64,000 bases of DNA from Octopus sinensis (Eukaryota), in the NCBI RefSeq assembly GCF_006345805.1, contig NC_042998.1:117986001-118050000 (forward strand), given 5' to 3'. The translations under genes and the position numbers were made by a program. Of this stretch, positions 50,937 through 64,000 are shown in pieces; positions within the stretch are counted from its first letter, which is position 1, and each line of letters begins with the position of its first letter. The notes under the pieces were generated by a model that was not told the origin of the DNA, did not search any database, and saw only the letters and a list, made by a program, of their open reading frames with translations.

Positions 50937-53900
50937 AAATTCTCGATCGGCGTTTTTCGGAGAATTATGGCCCTTGTCATTGTATATGTTTTCATTCATG
51001 TGCGTTAACTACAGCATTAGAGCGTTTTAGCTCTTATTTCTAGCAATGTAGCTATTTTTAAAATCTTAGTAATATTTAGTGACAATTATAATTCATTTTA
51101 ATAAAAAATTGCAAACTGCTAATTTAAATTACACACACGCATGCACGCACACATGCATGCACACACATAAGCACACACACACACACACACATATAAATAC
51201 AGATATATATGTATGACAAAGTATAACCAAGGTCAAATAAATTAATCTCTAGCAATTCATATGAGTATTATGTGTCGAAGCATTGAATCTTCTAATAAAA
51301 CGGCATAAAATAATAGTAATTCTTTTTCAATTATTCATTTGCTTAGGTTTCTAATTATCTAATTATTTGTAATACGCATACTTGTAAATACATATAAATG
51401 CTGGTAACATATATGAACACGGTCTACTTTTTTCCTTTACTTATATGTTTTCGGTTGATGTTGTGCATTATGCCTTCACTTAACATATTTATATCATTGC
51501 AGTAATTCATCCATTGTTCTCTATTACCGAGTAATTCAGGCTTTTAAAATTTCTCGCGACTTACAGTTATCTCGCTATCAAAACGGTTCTTTGTGCTCTG
51601 TGTATCATTGAAAAATCGACATAGATTATGAATGCCTACGAAGCAGTCAAGCAAAAAGATATGATTCTTCACATCGTAGGACCGCTAAAAACATTTGACA
51701 TTGATATATTGATCTTTCGTGAAATCGAGCAAGAGGTACACGTGTCAATACATGAATGTTGCGTAGTGTTTATTTGCGAGGCTCATAATGTAAATTATAG
51801 CTATTAAGACAATCGAAGATTGCTGATATAAAGTATTCAAGCGGTTTGTAATATAATTTGTATGAAAAAGGTAGGCTTGTTTGTAGAGACATTATCGGAA
51901 ACAATGTGTTCATATATTATTAGGCTGCGCACACATTTAATCTTTACACTCGATTATTTGAGAATTTTAATGAAAGTAATTTCACTATCATTTGTTCAGT
52001 AGCAGCCATGAAATAAAAAGGTCAATGCACTTAATTTGGCAGAAGTATTTTTTCTCGAAATGTTGATTTTGATTATCAAGATGATATTGAGCAAACACGG
52101 AGATTGAGCATAAATGCTCGCACAAATGTCCGCGGGCGTATGTGTGTGTTGTATTTTTCTAAACCTATTTACATACCAAAACAAATATGGTGATAATGAC
52201 GATTATGATGATGGAGACAGGAATGCGGATGGTGGTAGTTGTGTTGTGGTGGTGGTGGTGGCGGTGATAGAGATGGTGGTGATAGTGATGGTGGTGGTGG
52301 TGGTGAAAATTAGAATTCTAATACACTCTTAAACTACCCTGACATAGAGACTAGATATTTCTATACCGGTAGAGGAACAATTCACAAAGGGTGAAAAATA
52401 ACATATCTCCGTCCCATTTTTTGCAGACATCCATCTACAAAATTCTCTCTACAATCCAATAGAAAAGGATAGTTAAATATTGACAGTTTAGAATACAAAT
52501 GGATCTATTTCAAAATCCTACATTCGATTCTTTCATTTCCTGTTGATAAGATTCTATTAGTTCATGCTAAGATAGTTAAAAGAAAATATTATATGCCTTG
52601 ATATATTGCAGAAGGCTTTTCATCAGATCATACATAACTAGCTTAATTGATTTGCTGGAAGTAATTTTGTGAGTCGCTTTAATGACGTTTATATCATTAA
52701 AACAACGATATTTCAAAGGCAGCAAATCAATGTAAGCTCATGTTCACAAGAATATCATCTGGAATACTATAAAAAAGATTATTTCTTTTCTTTATTGTAC
52801 AGTATCTTGAAAGCACAATCAACACAGTGGTGTAGCTTATCAAGCACATAAGATGAATGTATAAATGGCCAGAAAGATATAGTAAATAAAACTAAACAGA
52901 TTGCGCAAAGGAGCATATGTTATGTAATTTCAGGAAAGTTGGTTATATAAGCATTGCACATTTCTTCCTTCAACAAATACACCATATAGATGAAAGCGAT
53001 ATTTTGTACGTGAAGCAATCCGGACTACAAAGAAAATTTACATATTGACATAGTAAAACAAATATTAAAACAACACCACCCTTTCCAAATCACTATATGC
53101 GCCAACAACATATTTTTTTGCGTCATTTATGTAGCATTTGACAGCTAAGGTTCTAATTCACAAAAACATATGTTCCCTGTGTCTGTCGAATATGAGGGTA
53201 AAACGGTAAGCAGTTGGATATACCTTCTTCTAAGTTCTTCGTTTATGCGCCGAACATCTAATGCCTGAACACAGAGCAGCAGTTAAAACAAATATACGCG
53301 ATTTTAATCAACGATGGTGAAGACTCAAATTGATGCCATTTTACAGGTTTGCGAATATGATTCCACTTTTAAGTGAACCGTAACCCACGCGGATGTTTAG
53401 AAATCAGTTAATGAGATACTTCTCTAAGCATGAATCGTATCACTAATTAGCCAAATAAAACTTTTGATCATATTTCTTCACATAGACGTTTACTGGTTTC
53501 GGTAATAAATGAGTTTCTGAGTATTAATAGATATAACCAACTGTTTGATATATCCATCTGTTCGATGGCATTCACAACCATTTATAAGTACAGAGACATC
53601 TTGTTCCAGAAATCAAAAATCTCAACGCTGTCTCATGCGGTATTTCTGCATAAAACAATTTTATTGACACTTCATGTTTTCGTTCGTCTTCAATATTTCT
53701 AATACCCAATTATATATATGAATTCATACAATTTTGTCTATTTTTATTCTCTTCCTCTACGTGAACTGCAAAATTACATAGATTGCATTATTTTAAACCA
53801 TATATAACACTGCTCAACCATGCCGAGAGAGGATTCTTTTATTTTACTAATGATAGTATGTGATGGTAGATATTTTTCATTCATCGTACCACTGTTTCAG

Positions 53901-56900
53901 AATATAAACTGCTGCGAACTACTGGTGACAGTTAATAATTACAATAATAAAGCATAGTAATAATGCATAACGTTAGTTTAAATCAGTGTGGTCAGCAGAT
54001 ATTTGCATGCATTTCTGTTTTAATTTCAAGTTCATGAAATGAAAAGTTATCATTGTATATTAATAAGATATACAAGATATTGCTTTGCTTAAAATCATCA
54101 ATTTATAAACTCAGCTTTACGGGACCTATTTTGTATCTGTGCATTTTAAAGGACTAACAACATTATGTAACGTATTTATTATTTAAGCTTCCAATTTCTG
54201 GCAGATATAGTTATAAAATGTTTCAAATTGATACAATATTTCTGTCGAACTATTCTGGAAAGGAATGAAGTATGTATTACAATATTCCTTTTTGGTACTT
54301 AGATATTAAGAAACATAAATCAGATTCTTTCTATATTTCAAAATCTTTAATATTCAACTGAGCAATCTTCCTAGCTAATTCCTTTATGTGAGCCAGTTAT
54401 ATAATGTAATGACATATAAGTACATTTGAAATGAAGTTTGATATATTAGCATGTAAATGATTAATTAAATTAGCTGTCTTTAGTAAACTGAAGCCACTGT
54501 AAATATAGAATATACTTTTTATTTCAATGTTATTTTGTTTATTCTTCCTCTTACATTATGTTTTACCATAATAGTGGAAGTGTGCATAATATGTAGAGAT
54601 GATTGCAGTTGTATCTTACATAACTGTCTGAAAATACATAAACCTCCTCGAACATAGCGTAAACATTACGTAGTTACTACAAAGATAATTTAAAGCTCGT
54701 AATTGTTGTAAATAATGCCTCTAGAAATATAGTAACGTAATTGTCTTCAATTTTAACCTTTTCAGTTTTGCTATGTTGTCTTATCTTGTGTTGGATAATT
54801 GGCCAATTATTCTCATTCAGGTGACTATACATGGCCATGGGGAATATTGTTGGCTTAGAAACTCATTAATGAGATATCTCTCTGAGCATGAATCATACCA
54901 CTAATTACCAGAATAAAACTTTTAATCATATTGTTACTTAACATTGACATTTACAGGGTACGTTACTAAAAGTGTATCTGAGTATTAATATATATAAACC
55001 TTACTCCAGTATATAAAAGCTGTTCGCAGGAAATTTGCATCACTTTTATGACATGATAATTCTTCAACAAACTCTTTCTATTCGGTTGCCTTTTTTATAA
55101 TCAATGTTAAACGCTTTTACTCTTTTAACAAGACTTAAATATAAATGCGTATTGAGATAAATGATTATTTTCTCGCTTATAAATTTTCCTAAAATTATTT
55201 CCGAAAATAAAAATAATATCAGTTGATACAATGGTAGTCATTAGTTCCTCTACATATTAAAGAAAGTAATTCCATATAATTTAATTTATCATATATATCC
55301 AATATTTTTAAATTGAGTATTGTTTTTGATATTGCTCAAGTATTTCTATAATTTTCGATTTAGACATAAACATGAATTCTTAGACCAATATGGGTAGGTT
55401 TATACCGATATGTGAAGTCTTACATCTAAATACACATCTCTATGCCTAAATAGGATATATTAATCTGTACATAAAGTTTTAGAAATGTATTTATAGCGTG
55501 GAACTTAAATGTAAGGTTTTGTAACTACATATTAAGTATTATGCTTCAAAATCATTATGCTTACATCAACATATCAAGGAGTAGACCTAAATATGAAGTC
55601 ATAGACTTAGAGATGACGTGCCAGGACTGAATATGAGGATATAGACTTACACATGAAGTTTAGACCAAAATGTGGAAAATCAATAATTAGTATAATCACA
55701 ATAGCTAACAAGACAGCTTTTGCACAATCGTTTGACCAGGTGTACGTCTTACATTCCATACCCGCATATTAAGAAAGAAGGCTGGAATGAATGCATTTCC
55801 CAAAGGTTTGTTCTATCGATAAAGGCAATTGGCTAAACAATAATGCCAACGAAGACAACTTTATTTTACATCAAATGAAGATGAAATAAAATAGAAGACG
55901 TGATCATTTCTGTTCTCGTGTAATTTACGCTCTTAAAAGAAAGAGAGACACATTGCAAGAAATGGTGCCGGTTAAATACTAGCAAAAGAAAGAAAAGCGG
56001 AAATATCAAGATAACAATCGTGTGATACCATATTTATTTAACTGATATTGTCAAGGGGTTAATCGACCAAAAACTCAAAGAAATACTGTATGTATTAAAG
56101 AGCCATTTGAAATAAACAGTGGATCACATTTATCATGAACAACCACTGACTAGTATGTACATAATTTCCAAGATCTCTTTTGATATACAGCTGAGGTAGC
56201 ATTTAGTTATGATCCCATTGCAGTTCCCACATGTTTGTCGAATTTTCGCAGTTAAATTCTGCTTACATGCATTACTACTGGTGTTCCGAGGCTGGATCTT
56301 GAAGAAAGGGAACTATACTTAGTCACTGATTCTGTTAGTATTAGCAAACAAATCTTCCGTATATGAAATCGCTTGTAAAAATATAAAAGAAGCATATTGG
56401 GTACTTATGAACAGTTGTGGAGAATGATTGCATGTTGACGATTGAGATACATTTCGTTATAGACCCGGACTAATTACCAACAACTTCGAAACGATATTAC
56501 AAAAACAGTGACTTGATTGGAATGAACGAGAACTAATGGAATATGCTAACACTTGCATTGTGCGTATTAATTATTTTACGACGACTTTAGGAAGTCCAGA
56601 TTTATGCTTTAATATGAATCATATTTGACATACTGAAATTTTTTTTTCACTTCACACGAAGAATCAATATTTCAAATTCACAGAAATAGAAAGCTATCCG
56701 TCTTTAATGAGTTTAAGCTGTTTTCAAAATTCATGATTCTTCGGAGATGGTATCACTATTATAATAGCTCATAAAGAATTAAATCGGTGTGTGTTATAGA
56801 AGTCAGCAACGGACATGACCATTAAATAAGAATAATAGCAATAACAAACATTTCGAAAAGTTGTCATAGAAATAGATATTTTGAGAAAGATTGCAAAATA

Positions 56901-59533
56901 TTAAATATATCCATAGTTTGTCATGCTAGTTTTTATGCCCGAGCCGGTCAAATTAGCACGTGTGAAGAACAGTGAATTGCCAGTTAATAAAACTTCACCA
57001 AAACCACAGACAGTTACCGGTATTTTCGCCACTGTATATGATTATATGTATCTAGATCTTTACATCAGAAGACAAAAGACAAACAACACACGCCAAAAAT
57101 TTGGGAAACTGGTACAGCTTTCCCGGTACATGAACAAATATTGGAAAATCCAGAAACCAATATGTACGTAGTCACAATCACAGAAGAAACATATGGATGA
57201 GCAAATACATCACCGCCTGGAATATACAAGTGTAGTTGTTAGTTGGCTGCGAGAACGGGTATATAAGTAACTGGTTCTGAGAAAAGCAGTGATTGAAGGA
57301 GTATTAGGCAGATCTTATGCTGTATAAGACTACAGATCTGCGTACTTGAATGCTTGTATACAGTTTTGAAATCTGGATAGTTTATAGAAATCATCTTCTT
57401 AGAAAAGAAGTATAGATTGAGTGATTGTAATGGAATGTGAAGGAGAATTATATGCAAGCTAGACGGACAAATTTCAGCGTAAGTGAACAAGTTGTTTTTG
57501 TTTCTTGTATTGAATTGAAACCATATATATATATACTTGCGTCTATTGATTCGAACTGTCATGAAAACACTAGACCAGGAAACTATATTACTCGCACTTG
57601 AATGGAGAAAAGAACGACGTGCTAGGAGGTAAAAGGAGATGATTCAAATAATTACTTTAAAAAAGTTGGAAACGTATGGTATCATCTTTAACAGAAAGAA
57701 TCAATGGTATATAACGGGCAAATGCGGTGTTGGCTCATCTTCGTTGAAGGACAATACCCCAAACACAATATCAACTAAAGACCCCAATTATAAACAATAG
57801 CATAGATGGCAGCGCCAAATGACTGATGTGGTACCTCTTCTCCCTGTTGTGACATAAAAACTGGCGTGTGTGAGACTGAATTTTAGAACATCGTAAAATC
57901 AATATAGCCCCATCTAGAATCACAAAAGTTAAACTTGGCAGCCAGTCTTCTCCGACCGATTGTGCATAATGAGAAAATAGGAGACTAAATATTTTATAAG
58001 TAATAATAAACATCGGTTTATAAGGATTTCACTCTAACCTGTGTTCTGCATGCTTACATACCGAGCCTTATTATTCTGTCTTAATACGTTATCTGCTTAG
58101 TTGTAAATCTCAAGTCATTTCTGAAGAAGACATGCAGCCCATCAAATAGGAACATGACTGGATTTATTCTTAAATAATTGCACTATTAATATAAATCCCG
58201 TCTTTGATGTAGGCCATAGATTACCAATGTAAACCAGCATAAATAGAAATAATGGAGAAAGAAAAGAAATTTGATTCAAAGAAAATGTCATTTACAGAGA
58301 GTGCACTTTCAACTATAATCTATGTAAAATTATTTATGTTTCTCATGAATATTTCATAATAGAATTAATCCTGCTTTCATACTTAGGAGATTGTAGAAGA
58401 TGAAAGTTATTTATTATTGCTATTTTAATCAAACGTGTATTATATTTATCACATTTTTTATGACGTGATAAATTATCTCAAATGTGTATTACGTTATTGT
58501 TTAATATCTTACTGAGACTTACCTGAAATTAAATTAAAATACCATCTAAATATTGGTACTCATTTGACCTACAAGAAACAGTAGCCAACACACGCTGGTT
58601 CACACCAAGCTGCATTAAAATTGCTAACCAATATGCTGCAGAAAACATCGATACAGTCTTGGCAAAACTGTTTTTCGTAATAGTTTCTGTTTAATCACAA
58701 CTGATCAGGAGGTACACAAGGACTAAAACAAAATTATTTATTTCTCTTGATGTATCCGATATGCAGAGAACAGTATCCGCCAAACACGTATTGATAATAT
58801 TTTCTCTTGTACACCAAAATATGTATGAACATTAAATTCTATCTATTGTTTTGGAATAAAGCTGACCATCAGTTTTTTAAGTGAGGTTAATTGACATTCG
58901 TGAGTCCCGTACAGCAGTGGTACATTATTTTTCGACCCGAAAGGCAGAATCCACAATAATTTCTCTAAGTGGTGTATACGATCAAAGTAACATTTGAGAG
59001 ACGATTTGCAGGAAATTGATATATGTATGCAATTTGAAATTTAACTGTAGGTATTTATGTTACAAGCACACAAAAGTGTATCTCTACCAACTAAAATACT
59101 GCATATGTCCTTTTCATTTGTTAAGAGTGAATCACTTGCATCATAAAGCGTTATTCGAAATATTACTTTTTGAAAGCTATAAAACAAAATACCACCTTTT
59201 TTATGGAATCAGCAAATTTATTTCTTCCACATGGCATTCACGTTATTCGCCAATCCATAACCACGACATATAAATAGATTTGCTATATCTTTCTAATGAG
59301 TGCATGCAGAAGGATCTTCACTTGCTAATTTTGGAGAGTTGGTATTGAAAGAAAGCAGCAGAAATACCTGGACACATGATAAGGTACTTCACAAGCCTAG
59401 CAGACATGTTAATGGTGTCAAATATTGAGAGCGCAAAGAGTTAAAGCAGAAAAATTTCATCCATTTCACAGCTCTGGTAAGGCCTATAACTGGAGATGGA
59501 ATACACACACGCACACACACACACACGCACACG

Positions 59534-59582
<49 letters not shown>

Positions 59583-59589
59583 CACTATA

Positions 59590-59760
59590 GAATCACGATG
59601 ACGAGAGTTCCAGTTGATCCAAACGACGGAACAGTCTGCAAGTGGAGCTTTAAGTGTTTCCGGTCAATAAACACTCACAAAGCCCGATCTGAGAATCGAA
59701 AGTGCGTTGGTATAACCGCCCGCGTGTCTGCTGCCCTAACCACTGGACCACGGCGCCTCC

Positions 59761-59761
<1 letters not shown>
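59590..59761 (-). mobile_element. tRNA-derived SINE, short or degenerate copy
   Basis: Head homologous to the 59794-60066 copy, tail homologous to the 23561 copy. Confidence 0.65.
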
Positions 59762-59793
<32 letters not shown>

Positions 59794-59799
<6 letters not shown>

Positions 59800-60066
59800 A
59801 ATCACGTGACCGACCAGACCATCAGATGTTGTTACACATCGCTGGTCACAATGCGTTCGCATTGTTTTAGCCTTCGAATGACGCCACCCCGGTGGCTAAG
59901 AGTGGGAGAAAGTTGTGGTGAAAGAGTACAGCAGGGATCACCACCCCCTGCCGGAGCCTCGTGGAGGTTTTAGGTATAAACACTCACAACGCCCGGTCTG
60001 GGAATCGAAACCGCGATCCTACGACCGCGAGTCCGCTGCCCTAACCACTAGGCCATTGCGCCTCCA
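59794..60066 (-). mobile_element. tRNA-derived SINE
   Basis: rc head tggcctagtggttaggg...gtttcgattccc (A and B boxes). Flanked by (TA)n. Confidence 0.85.
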
Positions 60067-60192
60067 TTATATATATATATATATATATATATATTGATAA
60101 AACGGTAAGATAACAAAAGAAAGAAAGAGACCTCAATATTATGTAAATAGAGGAAATTTATCTATACAATATGTTACATTACTCGGTAGTCA

Positions 60193-60255
60193 AGATAAAA
60201 CTCTGAGTTTCAGATGCCGAAGTGGAAATCCACAACACCATCTCTTCGGTTATCT
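60193..60255 (-). ncRNA. pLTR HHR-like motif, CCGAAGA core
   Basis: Reverse complement of 61397-61459. Confidence 0.62.
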
Positions 60256-60439
60256 GGCTATTTGAAAACGTTATGAAAAAATACCGTTAAAAATGAAGGG
60301 AAATTACTCTGTTATAACTCTGCTTTGCCTGCGTACTTATACATCGCTCGCATTTTTCGTCATAAAAATTATATAAAAATACATAAAAATATATAAAAAT
60401 ATATAAAATCTTCTTGGGACATAACACAGAAAGCATGTT

Positions 60440-61114
60440 CTATCCGTTTTCTTTAGGGGACCAAAAACGTAACAGAAATTTAGTCACATGTGGGCATGAT
60501 CCGAAAAGCTCTGTCCTTGTATTTAGACATGTGGTAGGGTCTAAGCTGCTTTTCCAGATAAGCCATCTCTCCATGTCGCATAAACCGCACCTTCCGCTGC
60601 CGTTAGTATAGGGCTTACATCTGGCCAAAATCTTCCATTGTATGTTATAATCGACACCTTTATCTCTTAAAGACCAAATATGATTGGATAATTGTGACGC
60701 TTTTCTTTTGTTCCAGTGCATAAAGCTCAAAGTGTGGTTATTGAACCTGGCCTTGAAATTACCCTCTGTCAGGCCCACGTATTTCTTCGTCGAAACGGTG
60801 TCTTTAGTGGTTATAGAGTTTACGGTAGCTTCATATATGATGGTCTTGGACATGCAAGCTCCATTTAGCGGGCACAATTCTTTATTCCTGCATGAACAGC
60901 TGTTTTCTTCTTGTGTTTTTTGTATGTTATGATTGATTATGTTTTTAAAATTGGTAGTTGAACTAAAACTAATTTTTAAATTGTGTCTATTGAAGAGTTT
61001 CCTATAAGCATGGTTAACTGGAAAATGTCTATCTATCAGTGCTAGGAAATATTTACCTATATTGAAGGCCACCTCGGGTGAGTAAGGGGGCGTAAACCAG
61101 ATGACCTTCCTATT
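60440..61114 (-). pseudogene. Open but 5'-truncated PLE ORF remnant: linker plus GIY-YIG endonuclease
   Basis: KVIWFTPPYS...CSCRNKELCPLNGAC..TIIYEA...KYVGLTEGNFKARFNNH...CGLCDMERWLI. No RT core. The first 38 aa of the ORF-track call come from the inverted arm. Confidence 0.85.
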
Positions 61115-61396
61115 TCTAAATACAAGGACAGAGCTTTTCGGATCATGCCCACATGTGACTAAATTTCTGTTACGTTTTTGGTCCCCTAAAGAAAACGGAT
61201 AGAACATGCTTTCTGTGTTATGTCCCAAGAAGATTTTATATATTTTTATATATTTTTATATATTTTTATGTATGTTTATATAATTTTTATGACGAAAAAT
61301 GCGAGCGATGTATAAGTACGCAGGCAAAGCAGAGTTATAACAGAGTAATTTCCCTTCATTTTTAACGGTATTTTTTCATAACGTTTTCAAATAGCC

Positions 61397-61459
61397 AGAT
61401 AACCGAAGAGATGGTGTTGTGGATTTCCACTTCGGCATCTGAAACTCAGAGTTTTATCT
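61397..61459 (+). ncRNA. pLTR HHR-like motif, CCGAAGA core (inverted arm)
   Basis: agataa-ccgaaga-gatg gtgtt gtgg attt ccac ttcgg catc-t-gaaa-ctc a gag-tt-ttatct. Confidence 0.62.
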
Positions 61460-61488
61460 TGACTACCGAGTAATGTAACATATTGTAT

Positions 61489-61567
<79 letters not shown>

Positions 61568-61583
61568 CGTCTCTGTGTGTGTG

Positions 61584-61616
61584 TTTCCGACGAAGAGCTC
61601 CGCTCGAAACTTTCAA
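61584..61616 (+). ncRNA. Degenerate minimal HHR-like motif, CCGACGA core
   Basis: ttt-ccgacga-a-gagc tcc gctc-gaaac-tttc-aa. Stem III is degraded. Confidence 0.35.
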
Positions 61617-62857
61617 TCCTCCTTCTTTCTTTCCTTTCCTGAGCGAACAATTATACTATACATGCTCCACATCCTCGCGTTGTTGTGTTTTCCCTTTGTT
61701 CGTGTTTGGAGTAGCTATGTATATATATATGTATATATATATGATTGATTGATTGATTCTAGTTTCAGCTCATGCACCTTCGCACAATATTCTCTAAATG
61801 AATTTTAGTTATTATTCCGATACCAGTATTTAAAGCGGAGGACAAAAGGTTTTACCGCGTTTCGTCCGCCTGTACATTCTGCGTTCAGATTCTGCTGTCG
61901 TTCATTTAGCCCTTCATCCTTTTGAGGACGATAAATGAGCACTATCTGAACACTCGACACGATGTAATCGACTTACACCCTCCCACAGAGTTGCTGGCTT
62001 TGTGCCAAAATTTGAAACCAACTTAATTTTATTAATATCGTAGCGACGAATTACTTGAACAAGACATACAAATTACAAAAGATATTTTGTTATTATGGTT
62101 GAAAAGATTGCGAGACAAAGTGACAGTTTATATGAGATATTGACGTCATAGATACAGTACTTGAAGGAAAAGTACACGCGATATAGGATGTCAAGTAAAA
62201 GTAGTGATTTGTGTATAATGGTGTTTGATACCGCGGACGTTACAATAAGACACTCATAAAATCTAAATAAAATGGGAATGATATATAATAAATGTAATTA
62301 TAAAAACGAAAATTAACACAACTATTGTATATCTTGTATAAAGACTTGGTGTAAGATTTATAATTATAAAGTGAACTAAGCGTCTGTTATGCACATCGAC
62401 GAAGAAAATAGGAAAGAAGACGTGCACACACGCGCGCATAAAGGAATTCATAATACATGCATGCATACATACATGTATACATACATGCAAACACATACGC
62501 GCGCACACATTCACACACATGCGCGCATGCGATATACATATATATTTTCTAATATATACACTGCGCAAACGTGGTCCAGGAAGAATATTGGGATGCGAAT
62601 TGTGTATTTCCCACACCACTTGACAATGTTTTTCAGGTTTTTTTTATGTATTATAAACCGCTGACGTCTTAGTTCGACCAAAGTGATTGAGAGTATATGC
62701 ACGAAACTATTAAATGTAAATACTGATGCCGATTTGATCGATCAATCCATTTTAGCAGCTGCTCCATAGTGGACAAGGTTGAACATATTAAAATAAAAGA
62801 ATAGAATATAAAACACATTCACACACACAAACACGCACACACACATATACATACGTG

Positions 62858-62888
<31 letters not shown>

Positions 62889-64000
62889 TGTGTGAATGTG
62901 TGTGTGTGTGTGTGTGAGAGCGTGTGTGTTTTCTGTATGGGAGTAGTATTCAAAGACACTACTTTATCAGTATATTACTCTCTTAGGGCCAATTAAAAGT
63001 TTGGGCTCTGTGTATGCTTTTTTCTTGTTTTTGAGATCACCGATGGCGGACAAATTCTTAACACAAAATAAAGACACATGCAATCATTGTTAGCATAAGT
63101 GTGGTACATATCGACTTATAAATTGACAACTTTTTAATTGTAAGACTCGGGTGCGAATGTTTCAACTGTGTTACAAAGAAATATTCGAAAATTATAACGA
63201 CACTGCAATTCACACAACGGGACCAAAATTTATCGTCGACTAACTTAAAAGCCGTAATCCATGCAGACATTTAAGCTAGCTCCAGCAGGGGGATAATTGG
63301 GCCTGATGCCCAAAATTAAAGAGGGAAATAGTGATAAAACATTGACTGGTATTCTACAATTTCAACTTTATAACACAGAGTATCACATTTGAAGAAATTT
63401 GAATCACTGTGACATTTAGAGACCACTGTAAGGAAGCAGGATAAACAATATTTTTGGTTTTACCATTTGGTGTTAGAATGAGGAGATTTCCAAATCTAGA
63501 ACGACCAACATAGAGCTGACCATGAGAAAAGCACTGCTTATAGCAAAAATAATCGTATTTCAATAATTGGCATGCAAAACTTCAACATACCAAATATGAA
63601 ATCAATTGAACTTAAAAAAGTTTAAAAGTAAAAGCCACACAAAAAAACGTACTAATCGTGCATGTATTTTAAATTAAATAAGTTAATTTCCAATATTGTG
63701 TAACATAAATTACAGTAGATGTACGGACATCGTATTATTGCAATATCTCATTGGTTAATATTTGATTTTCCTTTAATTTCTTTCATAAATCTCAGACATA
63801 CGCAAATTAATATATTATTAACTCCATGCAGTTTGCTTTCCATATAATGGTCCAAGTGATTTTTGTACTAAATCGCTTTATTGGGAAACATCCACAGGAA
63901 ATTAGATTTATTTCTATGCATGAAGCTGCAAGTGTTTTTCATATTTACTACATTTAACATTATTTAAGGTTCACCGCTATATATACATAGGCATTACCAT

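Larger units (their letters stand above)
60100..61493 (-). mobile_element. 5'-truncated Penelope-like element with an inverted pLTR copy
   Basis: Arms 60159-60527 and 61115-61493 are near-identical inverted repeats around the GIY-YIG region. Embedded in (TA)n. Confidence 0.9.

Noticed and set aside
61115-61228. Start codon and N-terminus of the 262-aa ORF
   Set aside because: This is an artefact of the inverted pLTR arm. The same 38 aa begin the plus-strand ORF at 60414.

Overview
AT-rich, microsatellite-dense eukaryotic DNA, probably a coleoid cephalopod such as Octopus (inferred from SINE families and repeat landscape, not from a database match). I found no intact protein-coding gene, rRNA, true tRNA or CRISPR array. 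Most ORF-track entries are translations of (TA)n/(CA)n repeats. The window is mostly degraded mobile elements: a scrambled RTE LINE, a CR1-like LINE, a decayed Ty3/gypsy element, several Tc1/mariner fragments, tRNA-derived SINEs and three Penelope-like (GIY-YIG) fragments. The main signal is a dense set of type I hammerhead ribozyme (HHR) motifs that I folded by hand. A ~485-bp tandem array at 28.2-29.9 kb carries an HHR per unit (the core is deleted in unit 3), which is a retrozyme-like layout. A diverged relative lies at 47.6-48.4 kb. Inverted fragments at 23 kb end exactly at the predicted cleavage site. Several repeat families carry non-canonical HHR cores (CCGANGA, UUGAAGA, CUGUYGA). No activity or novelty has been tested. 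Folds and alignments are manual and element boundaries are approximate.
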